64,000 nucleotides of DNA. Origin: an uncultured Clostridiaceae bacterium (GTDB lineage Bacteria > Bacillota > Limnochordia > Darwinibacteriales > Darwinibacteriaceae). Both the position numbers and the translations under genes were made by a program. Positions 10,216 through 19,666 of this stretch are shown in pieces. Below the pieces are notes generated by a model that had not been told where the DNA came from, did not search any database, and saw only the letters and a program-made list of their open reading frames with translations. The stretch covers positions 110-64,109 of the forward strand of contig CAZVDE010000004.1 in assembly GCA_964626065.1 (NCBI GenBank), written 5' to 3'. How positions within the stretch are numbered: the stretch's first letter is position 1; the number at the start of each line of letters is the position of its first letter.

Positions 10216-10749
10216 CTCATCCGATTCTTCCATTGTTTCTAAAGAGGCAGCAATCTTGTGATAGGGTTTGGTTTCTTCGGATAGAATCTGCCCGCCTTCA
10301 GTGAGCAAATTCCAAATCGTCTCCATTGTCAGCCGAACCCTTTCCCTCAATTCTACCTCCGCCTGCCGAGTGCGGGCTAAACGGATTTCCACATCGGAAA
10401 GTAGGCGTTCGCCCTCCCGCTTGGCTTCGCTGATAATCCGTTCCGCATCGGATTTGGCCACCGCTACCACGTTGACAGCTTCCGCTTCTGCCATCTTTTT
10501 CAATTCCTTCACAGTCTGTTTGGTCAAGGAAATCAGATCCTGCACATCTTGTTCCTGATAGGAATGTTCTTTTACTTCGGCCTGCATTTTTTCCAGTTTT
10601 TCCCGCAGCTGTTTGTTTTCCTGGTAGATAGTCTCATACTTAGTGACAATTGTGGCCAGAAAATCGTCAACTTCTTCTGGGTTGTAACCCTTAAAACTCC
10701 TGGTAAAGTCCATATTATGAATGTCTATCGGTTTAAGCATCTCCGCCAC
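10201..10749 (-). CDS. divIVA: cell-division initiation protein DivIVA
   Basis: Begins MAEMLKPIDIHNMDFTRSFKGYNPEEVDDFLA..., the DivIVA N-terminal lipid-binding domain, followed by a coiled coil. ylm-divIVA-ileS synteny supports it. Confidence 0.9.
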   Translation of the reverse strand: MAEMLKPIDIHNMDFTRSFKGYNPEEVDDFLATIVTKYETIYQENKQLREKLEKMQAEVKEHSYQEQDVQDLISLTKQTVKELKKMAEAEAVNVVAVAKSDAERIISEAKREGERLLSDVEIRLARTRQAEVELRERVRLTMETIWNLLTEGGQILSEETKPYHKIAASLETMEESDELTSE

Positions 10750-10761
10750 CTCCGCAATATT

Positions 10762-11559
10762 CTAATAGTAACGATGTAGGACAACGCTAGTTCGGCCCTT
10801 TCTTGTCTGGCCGCCTACGGACGAAACAACAACTCTGCCTCGGCCCCGGATAGATAAAACATCCCCTTCGGATACGCTCAGGGCGGGGTTTGTCACCGGT
10901 TTCCAATTGAGCTTCACCTTATCAGCTTTTATTTCCCGGGCCATTTTGGAGCGGGAAGTGCCGTAACCCCCAGCGGCAATGGCATCTAGCCGCAAAGAGG
11001 CCACCGTCGTTTTAATCTCTTTGGTGCGCTCAGGCTCCACGTTTAGCTGTTCCTCGTAAATTTCGGAAACTTGGATCCCCACCTGATGCACCCGCGTCCA
11101 ATTACTGAGTAAATAGTCGCCTATTTCGGCCGCCACCACTACTTGGCAGCCCGCGGGCAGTACAATTATGTCACCGATTTTATCCCGTTCCAAACCGGTT
11201 GCCAAAAGAGAACCTAGATAATCCCTGTGCTCGGCCCGTTGAAAAGCAAAATTACCTTCGGCCTGCAAAACTCGCAGCGGCGATTTAATGGCCTCCAACA
11301 CATAAAACTGGGGATAGATGACCAACCGTGCTCTTTCCGCCTGTTTGTAGCCGCCCTGCGGCAGCACGCCCACCTCGGGCAGCCCCCCTAAGACACTGCG
11401 GGCCACTCGGCGCTGATAAGGATCGTAAAAATCTGTGACCTGGGGTTTATTCGTTTCCCAAGCCAAGCGGGCTAAATCCAAAACATGCCCACCTATTTTC
11501 CGTTCCTCCTCGCCCTGTAGGTGTCCTAACAGCTGTTCTTTATCCAATTGGGCTTGCAC
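10762..11559 (-). CDS. ylmH: YlmH, S4-domain RNA-binding protein
   Basis: 265 aa with a C-terminal S4 domain (LRLDAIAAGGYGTSRSKMAREIKADKVKLNWKPV). Its position matches the ylm operon. Confidence 0.8.
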   Translation of the reverse strand: MQAQLDKEQLLGHLQGEEERKIGGHVLDLARLAWETNKPQVTDFYDPYQRRVARSVLGGLPEVGVLPQGGYKQAERARLVIYPQFYVLEAIKSPLRVLQAEGNFAFQRAEHRDYLGSLLATGLERDKIGDIIVLPAGCQVVVAAEIGDYLLSNWTRVHQVGIQVSEIYEEQLNVEPERTKEIKTTVASLRLDAIAAGGYGTSRSKMAREIKADKVKLNWKPVTNPALSVSEGDVLSIRGRGRVVVSSVGGQTRKGRTSVVLHRYY

Positions 11560-11566
11560 TCCTTCT

Positions 11567-11839
11567 TCAAAACATCATCACAAGCTGAATCAGCAGCCCG
11601 CGTAAAAGAGGGTACACTAAACGCAGCACTAAAAAAAGAATGATGGGTGAAAAATCAATATTGCCGTAAGGAGGAATGATTCCCCGGAACAAACGTACCA
11701 CCGGGTCAGTTGCCTTGTGCAAAAACTTAACAACCGGGTGATAATAATCCACGTTGGGCACCCAGCTTAAAAGAAACCTGGCCACTAATAACCAGTTATA
11801 GACGTTGAAAAGAGCGTCAAAGAGGGATACCAGCAGCAC
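11567..11839 (-). CDS. ylmG: YggT/YlmG family membrane protein
   Basis: 90 aa, 2 TM, with the YggT signature (VYNWLLVARFLLSW...NIDFSPI). Confidence 0.8.
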   Translation of the reverse strand: MLLVSLFDALFNVYNWLLVARFLLSWVPNVDYYHPVVKFLHKATDPVVRLFRGIIPPYGNIDFSPIILFLVLRLVYPLLRGLLIQLVMMF

Positions 11840-12319
11840 TTACTCACCTTCATTCTTGATCATTTCAAAAAAATCGTCTTCTAAATCGCCTTCGATAACG
11901 ACTGAGGCCGGGGTGAAACAAAAGATCGTCTCCCCCAATTTTCGCAGATTGCCCTCCAGAGCATGGGTGGTGCCGCTCATAAAATCCACTATTCTCTGGG
12001 CCTCGCCCTTGCTGACTAAATGGAGGCGCAGAATCAATGACTTTTTGTTCTTAAGATGCAGCACATATCCCTTTACATCTTCAAATGCCCGCGGTTCCAT
12101 AATCAACATTTTACTTTGCGCCGTTTGGCCGCCGGACAAACCTACCAGCGCAGGCTTGCCCCCCGAACGGGCCTCTCCCTCCTGCCTTTTAGTGCGTTCT
12201 CTGCGAAAGGGCACCACGTCATCGTCGCGCTCACGCCGAGAGACTTCCACGAGTTCATCCTCTTCGTAATCTTCCGCAACCCCGAGAAATACTTTCAGTT
12301 TATGCACAAAATCACTCAT
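11840..12319 (-). CDS. sepF: cell-division protein SepF
   Basis: Begins MSDFVHKLKVFLGVAEDYEE, with the SepF core (MLIMEPRAFEDVKGYVLHLKNKKSLILRL). A GGAGGAGG RBS lies 4 nt upstream. The track start at 12361 is an unsupported upstream extension. Confidence 0.9.
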   Translation of the reverse strand: MSDFVHKLKVFLGVAEDYEEDELVEVSRRERDDDVVPFRRERTKRQEGEARSGGKPALVGLSGGQTAQSKMLIMEPRAFEDVKGYVLHLKNKKSLILRLHLVSKGEAQRIVDFMSGTTHALEGNLRKLGETIFCFTPASVVIEGDLEDDFFEMIKNEGE

Positions 12320-13004
12320 TGTCCTCCTCCTTCGCAAACAACGCGGAGCCAATGCGCACAAGTGTGGCCCCTTCTTCCACCGCTACCTCAAAGTCATTCG
12401 TCATACCCATGGATAAAGTGTCCCAAACCAAACCCAGCTCCTGCTGTAGTTGGTCATACAATGCTTTGGTTTGACGGAATACGGGCCGAGTCTTTTCTGC
12501 CTCGATCAAGGGAGCCATGGTCATCAAACCGCGGATTTCCAGGTGGGGGCACTCCAGCAGTATTTTTTGGACAAACGACCGCACTCGTTCCGGCTGCAAT
12601 CCACTCTTGCTGGCCTCACCGGATACATTGACTTGAACCAATACTTTTTGAAGTTTTCCCCAATCTTGCGCCCGACGATTGAGGGCTCGGGCCAACCTCA
12701 AGCGATCCAAGGAATGAATAAGATAAAACTGTTGGCAAAACCGGACTTTATTTGTCTGCAGATTGCCGATAAAATGCCACTCTACATCCGGAAACAGTTC
12801 GATGCGCTCCACCGCCTGCTGAATCCTATTTTCACCGAAACTTGCCAGCCCGGCGGTGACTAGTTCTTGCATTTCTTGGGGTGCGGCAAATTTGGTAACT
12901 CCTAATATTTTTACGGTTGACCCATCCCGGCCGCTGCGGTCGGCAGCTTGTCCGATCCGGGCCCGGACACTAGCTAGATTTGCTTTAATACTCATAAATT
13001 CCAC
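12312..13004 (-). CDS. ylmE: YggS/YlmE PLP-binding homeostasis protein
   Basis: 230 aa alanine-racemase N-terminal-like fold (KILGVTKFAAPQEMQELVTAGLASFGENRIQ...). Confidence 0.9.
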   Translation of the reverse strand: MEFMSIKANLASVRARIGQAADRSGRDGSTVKILGVTKFAAPQEMQELVTAGLASFGENRIQQAVERIELFPDVEWHFIGNLQTNKVRFCQQFYLIHSLDRLRLARALNRRAQDWGKLQKVLVQVNVSGEASKSGLQPERVRSFVQKILLECPHLEIRGLMTMAPLIEAEKTRPVFRQTKALYDQLQQELGLVWDTLSMGMTNDFEVAVEEGATLVRIGSALFAKEEDNE

Positions 13005-13034
13005 CTTATCAGTCTTATTCCTGCTCTTTTCAGC

Positions 13035-13856
13035 TTAGATGATACCGAGGACAACGACAACGGTCCCCACAAACCACGTATAATACGAAAACCACACAAG
13101 TTTGCCCCTTCTGATTAAGTTAAGCAGCAAATGGATGGTCAAATACCCTGTCACAGCCGAAGCGATCAGCCCCGCCAGCAAAGGCCCCGCACCTACCGGG
13201 GCAGTAGGGCGAATTAGTTCATCGAGAGAAAAAACAAACGCACCTAAAATTGCCGGAATGCTCAATAAAAAAGAAAACCTGGCCGCGCTGTCTCGATTTA
13301 AACCCCGAGCAAGCCCTACCGCAATGGTAGTTCCGGAGCGGGAGATGCCGGGCAAAATGGCTACCGCCTGGCCCACACCGATTAGGCCTGCATCGCCGGG
13401 GGAAAGCTGCGCCACTTCCTTGTTTTTTGTCCCAATACGTTCACTGGCATACAAAACGGTCCCTGTCACAAGCAGCATGAAGCCCACAAAGAGGCTGCTT
13501 TGAAAGACTTGCTCGATTTGCGTTTTAAACGCCAAGGCCAGTATAACAACGGGCACGGTGGCCAAAACCAAATTCAGCAACAGCTTGCAGCCGGGATCGG
13601 TTCTGAGCAGTTCCTGCGCTTGGCGGGGGTGCTTTACTAATTTAAAGAATGACTTCAGTAAAAGGAGTACCTCCTGCCAAAAAACAACCAGAACAGCCAA
13701 TAAGGTGCCCATATGGACAACGATTTCAAAAACCAAGGCCGGATTATCTACTTCCATCAATTGCGAGAACAAAACCAGGTGCCCGGAGGAGCTCACCGGC
13801 AAAAATTCGGTTAGACCTTGGATGATTCCTAAAAATATTGCTTCAATAATCGTCAA
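13035..13856 (-). CDS. uppP: undecaprenyl-diphosphatase
   Basis: 273 aa BacA/UppP with MTIIEAIFLGIIQGLTEFLPVSSSGHL... and the PGISRSG motif. Confidence 0.9.
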   Translation of the reverse strand: MTIIEAIFLGIIQGLTEFLPVSSSGHLVLFSQLMEVDNPALVFEIVVHMGTLLAVLVVFWQEVLLLLKSFFKLVKHPRQAQELLRTDPGCKLLLNLVLATVPVVILALAFKTQIEQVFQSSLFVGFMLLVTGTVLYASERIGTKNKEVAQLSPGDAGLIGVGQAVAILPGISRSGTTIAVGLARGLNRDSAARFSFLLSIPAILGAFVFSLDELIRPTAPVGAGPLLAGLIASAVTGYLTIHLLLNLIRRGKLVWFSYYTWFVGTVVVVLGII

Positions 13857-13867
13857 GGCGGTACCCC

Positions 13868-14821
13868 CTATTCACGCTTATTATTCTTGGTCGCGCCTCC
13901 GATTCCTGCCCACCACCAGGCAAGGCGGGCAAGATAATCCAAAAATGGCAGAGCCAATAAAGCGGTGACGACATTGAAAATAGTGTGAGCGTGCGCCACC
14001 TGACGAGCCGGATCCGCTGCCAGATGCCTGATCACCCTGAGGAACAAAGGATACAAAGGCAGCACAAACAGCACTCCGCCTAAATTGAAGAAAAGATCGG
14101 CATAGGCGGTGGCCTTGCTCTCCCGGCTGCGGCCCAGGCTGGCTAGCAAAGTGGTTATAACAGTGCCGATGTTACTGCCTAAGGCAAGGCCCACTGCGGA
14201 TGAAAGGGAGATGAAATTCACCCGTACTAACCCCACCACCAAACCGGTCACAGCACTGCTTGATTGCACTAAGGCAGTCAAAATCATGCCAAACAGGCAC
14301 GCTTCCAGGGGCGAGTCCGTCAGTTGAATTATAGCCTCATGTACCAGAGGAAATCTTAGGATGGGTGCTAAGGTGGAAGTGACGATCGTCAAACCAAAAA
14401 AGATGGAACCCAACCCAAAAATAGCCTTACCCGCCGGGCGAGTGCGCGGTAGGAAATTCAAAATGATACCGCAGGCGATTAAGGGCAGAGCAACATGTTC
14501 CAGGCGGAAGGCCATAATCTGCGCTGTGAGCGTTGTGCCGATATTGGCACCTAAAATAATGGCGAAGGCCTGGGTTAGATTTAAGATTCCCCCATCCACC
14601 AAAACGACCATGGAAGCCGCGACCGCACTACTGCTCTGCACTAAGCAGGTGCTGACCAATCCGGCGATTACACCCCTTCCTTTGGTAGCGGTAAGGCGGC
14701 TGAGCAGCATTTTAAGGCGAAAGCCCACAACATCTTCCAAGGCCGTGCTCATAATTTTGAGTCCCAGAAGAAAAATACCCATGCCAACTGCAAATCCGGC
14801 TAAAAAAGAAAAGGTTCTCAT
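13868..14821 (-). CDS. Na+/phosphate cotransporter family protein (NptA-like)
   Basis: 317 aa with duplicated QSSSAV...GANIGTT repeats typical of the Na/Pi cotransporter family. Confidence 0.8.
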   Translation of the reverse strand: MRTFSFLAGFAVGMGIFLLGLKIMSTALEDVVGFRLKMLLSRLTATKGRGVIAGLVSTCLVQSSSAVAASMVVLVDGGILNLTQAFAIILGANIGTTLTAQIMAFRLEHVALPLIACGIILNFLPRTRPAGKAIFGLGSIFFGLTIVTSTLAPILRFPLVHEAIIQLTDSPLEACLFGMILTALVQSSSAVTGLVVGLVRVNFISLSSAVGLALGSNIGTVITTLLASLGRSRESKATAYADLFFNLGGVLFVLPLYPLFLRVIRHLAADPARQVAHAHTIFNVVTALLALPFLDYLARLAWWWAGIGGATKNNKRE

Positions 14822-14854
14822 ATGAAACCATATGAGAACTCTACATCAGTTAGA

Positions 14855-15022
14855 CTATTTCCAGCGAAGAATGAAACCGGGCTGATGATGCGAGGCCAAA
14901 TAATCATCGGGATTGGAACTGAGGACTCTTACAACTTTAGCCTCGAAGGCCCCCAGCGCCTCTACCTCCATAAGCACACCGTTAAGCATAACTTGGGAGG
15001 TGACGGCAGGCTCCGTGTCCAT
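14855..15022 (-). CDS. small protein, possible YlzJ-like (unverified)
   Basis: The track ORF 14855..15127 overlaps the tepA 3' end by 64 nt. The internal Met start at 15022 removes that overlap and gives a product of about 55 aa. Its position after tepA matches ylzJ in B. subtilis. I cannot confirm the family assignment from sequence alone. Confidence 0.3.
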   Translation of the reverse strand: MDTEPAVTSQVMLNGVLMEVEALGAFEAKVVRVLSSNPDDYLASHHQPGFILRWK

Positions 15023-15063
15023 CCCTTCCAGCACATCTTCAATGGGCACCACCGTGTACAGAA

Positions 15064-15768
15064 TCACTGGATTGCACCCGGCGAACGCTGCGCCACCATT
15101 TGTGACAGACGGGAAAGGGCAGTACACACCCCACCCACCTCGTTGATCAGGCCCACATTCACAGCTTCTTCACCTACCAAAACCGTGCCCACATCACGCA
15201 CCAGTTCACCCGTGCGAAACATCAACTCCCGCAAAACCTCGGTGCCCACCCGAGAGTGCTGCACAATAAAACGGATGACCCTTTCCTGCATTTTATCGAG
15301 GTATTCGTATGTTTGAGGCACACCTATCACCAGGCCGCTGAGGCGGATGGGGTGGATTGTCATAGTGGCTGTTTCTGAGATAACTGAATAATCGGCCGCC
15401 ACCGCTATGGGGGCGCCAATGGAATGCCCCCCGCCTAAAACAAGAGATACTGTGGGGGTTCGCATTGTTTTCAGCATTTCCGCAATGGCCAGCCCGGCCT
15501 CGATATCCCCCCCTACCGTGTTTAGCACAACCAGCAGCCCTTTTATTTTAGGATTCTGTTCTATTGCCACCAGCTGGGGGATGACATGTTCGTACTTCGT
15601 TGTCTTATTGCGCGGCGGCAAAACCATATGCCCCTCGATCTGCCCAATAATGGTTAGGCAGTGAAAAGGGGGCCCTTCCTCCGGTGCAACCGGCATTTCG
15701 GACTGCCCGAATTCTTTGATCGTCTCCAGCGCAGTTTCCTCCCCGGGCATTTCATCCTGTTCACGCAT
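15064..15768 (-). CDS. tepA: translocation-enhancing protein TepA (ClpP-like)
   Basis: 234 aa ClpP fold ([49 protein letters not shown]). rnj-tepA synteny supports it. Confidence 0.85.
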   Translation of the reverse strand: MREQDEMPGEETALETIKEFGQSEMPVAPEEGPPFHCLTIIGQIEGHMVLPPRNKTTKYEHVIPQLVAIEQNPKIKGLLVVLNTVGGDIEAGLAIAEMLKTMRTPTVSLVLGGGHSIGAPIAVAADYSVISETATMTIHPIRLSGLVIGVPQTYEYLDKMQERVIRFIVQHSRVGTEVLRELMFRTGELVRDVGTVLVGEEAVNVGLINEVGGVCTALSRLSQMVAQRSPGAIQ

Positions 15769-15831
15769 GAAAACCCTCCTTCCCTATCATAGGTAGTATG
15801 ATAAGAAAGGAGGGTAGTTAAACATGTCAGC

Positions 15832-17499
15832 CTAGATTTCCATAATTATGGGCAGAATCATGGGCCTTCTTTTGTTTTTTTCCCAAATGTAGCGATTCAA
15901 GCTGTCCCGGACAGCGCTCTTTAGGGCACCCCAGTCCGTAATGTTTTGCGCCAAACATGCATCCAGCGCCTCCTTGGCCCTTAAACGCGCCTCCTCCATC
16001 AGCTCTTCCGATTCTCGCACGTAAACAAACCCGCGAGAAACTAAATCCGGTCCGGCCGCGACCCTGCCGGTTTTTTTATTTACCGTAACGACAACGATGA
16101 CAATCCCGTCTGTGGACAACTGACGCCTGTCGCGCAGAACAATGTTACCCACATCGCCTACGCCGAGGCCGTCCACGAAGACCTGCCCCGACTCCACCCG
16201 TTCCCGAATCGCGGCGCCACCTGCGGTGAAATCGACCGGAAGGCCTATCTCTCCGATGATGATGTTTTCCTTAGCAACTCCGGTGGCCTCCGCCAGTTCG
16301 GCGTGTTTGAGCAGCATTCTGTGCTCGCCGTGAATGGGTATGAAGTAGCGGGGTTTACACAGATTGAGCAGGAGTTTCAATTCCTCCTGTTGGGCGTGGC
16401 CTGAAGTGTGTACACCCAGATGAGGCTCGTAGATAACATTGGCCCCTTCTTTAAACAGCTGATTAATGATCCGGCCCACCGATTTTTCGTTTCCCGGGAT
16501 GGGTGAAGCGGAAATGATGACGGTGTCACCCGGTTCAATCGCAATTCTGTGATGTTCAGCCATGGCCATCCTGCTGAGAGCAGACATGGGCTCGCCCTGG
16601 CTGCCCGTGGAAATAACGACGGCCCGCTCGCGGGGCAGGCGGTCTAATTCATCCAACTCAATCAGCATGCCCGAAGGGATTTTCAGATAACCCAACTCAC
16701 TTGCCACTTCCACAACTCGGATCATGCTGCGCCCCGTTACGCTCACCCGGCGGTTCTCACGCTCGGCCGCATCAAAAATTTGTTGGATGCGATGAACGTT
16801 GGAAGCGAAGGTGGCCACCAAAATGCGCCCCTGCGCTCTGCTGAAAATCTGCCGGAACGTTTCCCCCACCATCTTCTCGGACGCGGTGTACCCGGGACGT
16901 TCCGCGTTTGTTGAATCGGACAGCAGGCATAAGACCCCTTTTTGGCCCAGTTCAGCAAACTTATAAAAATCGGCGGTTTTGCCATCATAGGGTGTCTGAT
17001 CGAATTTGAAGTCGCTGCAGTGCACTATGACGCCTAAAGGCGTGTGAAATGCCAGCGCGACCACACCTGCGATGCTGTGATTGACGTGGATAAATTCCAC
17101 ATCAAAATTCCCCACCACAATCCGCTGCCCCGCCGTAATCTCGCGCAGATCGGCGTTTCTCTCTAATCCGTGTTCATTCAGCTTCACCCGCAGCAGGCCC
17201 AAAGTGAGCTTGGTGCCATACACGGGCACATTAATTTGACGCAGCACATAGGGGACGCCCCCGATATGATCTTCATGCCCATGCGTCAAAAAGATTCCCT
17301 TGACCCGCTGGGCATTTTCCACAAGATAAGTGATGTCCGGAATAACCAGATCAACACCGGGCATATCATCTTCCGGAAACATTACCCCGGCATCTACAAT
17401 GGCTAAATCCTCTCCAATCTCCACCACTGTCATGTTTTTCCCGATTTCACCCAGTCCACCCAGGGGAAGGATTCGTATTTTATTTTTTTCTTTCGTCAT
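15832..17499 (-). CDS. rnj: ribonuclease J
   Basis: 555 aa metallo-beta-lactamase/beta-CASP with HGHEDHIGG. Confidence 0.95.
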   Translation of the reverse strand: MTKEKNKIRILPLGGLGEIGKNMTVVEIGEDLAIVDAGVMFPEDDMPGVDLVIPDITYLVENAQRVKGIFLTHGHEDHIGGVPYVLRQINVPVYGTKLTLGLLRVKLNEHGLERNADLREITAGQRIVVGNFDVEFIHVNHSIAGVVALAFHTPLGVIVHCSDFKFDQTPYDGKTADFYKFAELGQKGVLCLLSDSTNAERPGYTASEKMVGETFRQIFSRAQGRILVATFASNVHRIQQIFDAAERENRRVSVTGRSMIRVVEVASELGYLKIPSGMLIELDELDRLPRERAVVISTGSQGEPMSALSRMAMAEHHRIAIEPGDTVIISASPIPGNEKSVGRIINQLFKEGANVIYEPHLGVHTSGHAQQEELKLLLNLCKPRYFIPIHGEHRMLLKHAELAEATGVAKENIIIGEIGLPVDFTAGGAAIRERVESGQVFVDGLGVGDVGNIVLRDRRQLSTDGIVIVVVTVNKKTGRVAAGPDLVSRGFVYVRESEELMEEARLRAKEALDACLAQNITDWGALKSAVRDSLNRYIWEKNKRRPMILPIIMEI

Positions 17500-17615
17500 G
17501 CAGTTTTATGCACCTCCAATATAACTATGACTATTATTGCGCAGTAAAAAAGAACCACCCTCCGTCCGCACACGGTGGTTGAATTTCACCAACCGAACAA
17601 GTCACGTATTTATAT

Positions 17616-17644
17616 ATTATACACAACAAGCCGGGAATAATCAA
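17616..17644 (-). promoter_or_regulatory. sigma-A promoter for rnj
   Basis: Minus strand TTGATT, 17 nt, then TGTG-TATAAT (extended -10). It sits about 110 nt upstream of the rnj start, leaving a leader that contains a stem-loop. Confidence 0.5.
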
Positions 17645-17651
17645 ATAAGGC

Positions 17652-17682
17652 AAAAACCCCGCCTTGCGGGGGGGTTTTCTTT
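17652..17682 (-). terminator. terminator ending the ABC-transporter operon
   Basis: AAAACCCCCCGCAAGGCGGGGTTTTT hairpin with flanking U/A runs. Confidence 0.6.
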
Positions 17683-17708
17683 GTCCGTTCCATTAGGGAG
17701 CAGTCCAC

Positions 17709-18569
17709 TCACTGTTTGACCCCCCCTAAAGTTAAACCCGTGATCAGCCATTTAGAGGAATACATAAAAAGAAGCATGGCCGGAACGGCAACTAAAACAG
17801 AGGCCGCGGAAAAAACGCCCCATTGAGTTGTGAATTGATCCAATAGTTTTTGAAAACCCAAGGGCCATGTAATCAAATTGGACTTTTGCAGCATAACCCT
17901 AGCCATCATGAATTCACTCCAGGATGTCATAAAGCTAAACAAACCTGCAATCCCTAAAGCCGGCGTAGAAAGGGGAATAATGATCCTTAAAAAAGCCTCG
18001 AGGGCGCTGGCCCCATCAATTAAGGCCGCTTCCTCCAGCTCTTTGGGAATAGTGTCATAGTAACCTTTTAGAAGCCAGATCGAAAACGGTATGGCACCAA
18101 CGGAGTGGGCGAGGATCAATCCGGTATAGGTATTAAACAACTGCATTCTGACTACCATAACGTAAATTGGCAAAAGCAGCATTCCCGGTGGCAGCATTTG
18201 AGTGGTTAAAAGAAACAGCAAACCCGATTTCTTGCCGGGGAAATCCCAGCGGGAAAAGGCATAAGCCGCACTGGCGGATAACGTTATGGCCACAATCACC
18301 GTCGTTAAGGAGACTACCAAACTATTCCAAAGCCAAATTAGAAAGTCCTTTTCAAAAATTAGTATGCGGTAGTTTTCTAAGGTGGCGTGAGCCGGGATGA
18401 TGGATAAGCTGGTAGATAATAACTGGGAGCCGGGCCTTAACGAGATGGTTACGACTCGCAAAAAGGGGTAAACGGCAGCAACACATGCGGCTACTAACGT
18501 AATGTGGATAAAAATCCTTTTGATTAGACTGTCTCTTTTTCCTCGGGCGAAAAACCTTTTTATTTTCAA
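17709..18569 (-). CDS. carbohydrate ABC transporter permease (MalG-like)
   Basis: 286 aa, 6 TM, with an EAA loop (EEAALIDGASALEAFLRIIIP). Confidence 0.9.
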   Translation of the reverse strand: MKIKRFFARGKRDSLIKRIFIHITLVAACVAAVYPFLRVVTISLRPGSQLLSTSLSIIPAHATLENYRILIFEKDFLIWLWNSLVVSLTTVIVAITLSASAAYAFSRWDFPGKKSGLLFLLTTQMLPPGMLLLPIYVMVVRMQLFNTYTGLILAHSVGAIPFSIWLLKGYYDTIPKELEEAALIDGASALEAFLRIIIPLSTPALGIAGLFSFMTSWSEFMMARVMLQKSNLITWPLGFQKLLDQFTTQWGVFSAASVLVAVPAMLLFMYSSKWLITGLTLGGVKQ

Positions 18570-19660
18570 GCCCCTTCCGCCTCCTCCAAACTACGTGTTG
18601 TCCTCAGGTGCACCCAGGCAAAGAACATTAAAATCGCCAAAATAACAGTGGAATAGGCAGCACCGAAACCATAGCGGTAGAATTCAAACACAGCTTTATA
18701 AAGCGACGTTACCAAAATATCCGTTCCTTCCATGGGGCCCCCTCTCGTAACAAGGTAAATGACGTTGAAATTATTAAATGTCCAGACGACCCCCAATACG
18801 GTGGCCGGTACCAGCACAGGTTTCAGCAGCGGCATCGTAATACTTTTGAACTGCTGCCAGCCGGATGCCCCATCGATTTGTGCGGCGTCATAGTACTCCG
18901 GCGAAATGCTCTGCAGCCCACCCAAGAGAACCACCATCATAAAGGGTACACCAAGCCAAACATTGATGAAGATAACGGCAACAAACGCCCATTTCGGATC
19001 CGAAAGCCATTGGACAGAAGTCAACCCCAGCCGCCGCAGAAGCGCATTAACAAAGCCGTATTGGTAGTGGAATTCATTTTTCCACGTTAGGGCAGCGATT
19101 ACCTGTGGGATGGCCCAGGGTACGGTTAGAATGGTTCTGTAAATAGCCCTGCCGCGCAGGGGACGGTTTAATAAAATCGCTAAGCATAGCCCCCCCGCAA
19201 CATGGAAAGAAACATTAATTGCTGTCCAGGCAATAGTCCTCATTAAGAGCCTCAGAAACGTGACGTTTTGCAGAACGGGCGAACGAAAGACATCCAGAAA
19301 ATTTTCAATGCCATAGCTAAGGCCCACCGAAAACTGTTTAAACCTATACATGCTCATATTACTAAAAGCCAGTTTTAAGTTGAAGCCAAAAGGATAAATA
19401 ACCAAAACAGTGACCGCCAGCAGAGCAGGAAACATCAGCATAAGCGGCAGAGCGTTTTTGAGCTTCAACCACCGATAAAACACGAAATAGGCGAGCAACT
19501 CAAGAATCACTACCCCAAACAACAAAATGGCTAGGATTCTTCCCGCTTCGTTTAAACCCTGCAGCACAATCTTCCACGTTAAAGGAACCACAGATTTCCC
19601 CCTCCCGGAAAGGTGTCCGGCCCGGCCGGAAGGCTGAACCGGACACCTTGCTAAAAGCAC
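18566..19660 (-). CDS. carbohydrate ABC transporter permease (MalF-like); start uncertain
   Basis: EAA motif AAQIDGASGWQQFKSITMP. The N-terminal 20-25 codons of the track ORF are probably an over-extension. Confidence 0.85.
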   Translation of the reverse strand: MLLARCPVQPSGRAGHLSGRGKSVVPLTWKIVLQGLNEAGRILAILLFGVVILELLAYFVFYRWLKLKNALPLMLMFPALLAVTVLVIYPFGFNLKLAFSNMSMYRFKQFSVGLSYGIENFLDVFRSPVLQNVTFLRLLMRTIAWTAINVSFHVAGGLCLAILLNRPLRGRAIYRTILTVPWAIPQVIAALTWKNEFHYQYGFVNALLRRLGLTSVQWLSDPKWAFVAVIFINVWLGVPFMMVVLLGGLQSISPEYYDAAQIDGASGWQQFKSITMPLLKPVLVPATVLGVVWTFNNFNVIYLVTRGGPMEGTDILVTSLYKAVFEFYRYGFGAAYSTVILAILMFFAWVHLRTTRSLEEAEGA

Positions 19661-19666
19661 CGCTTG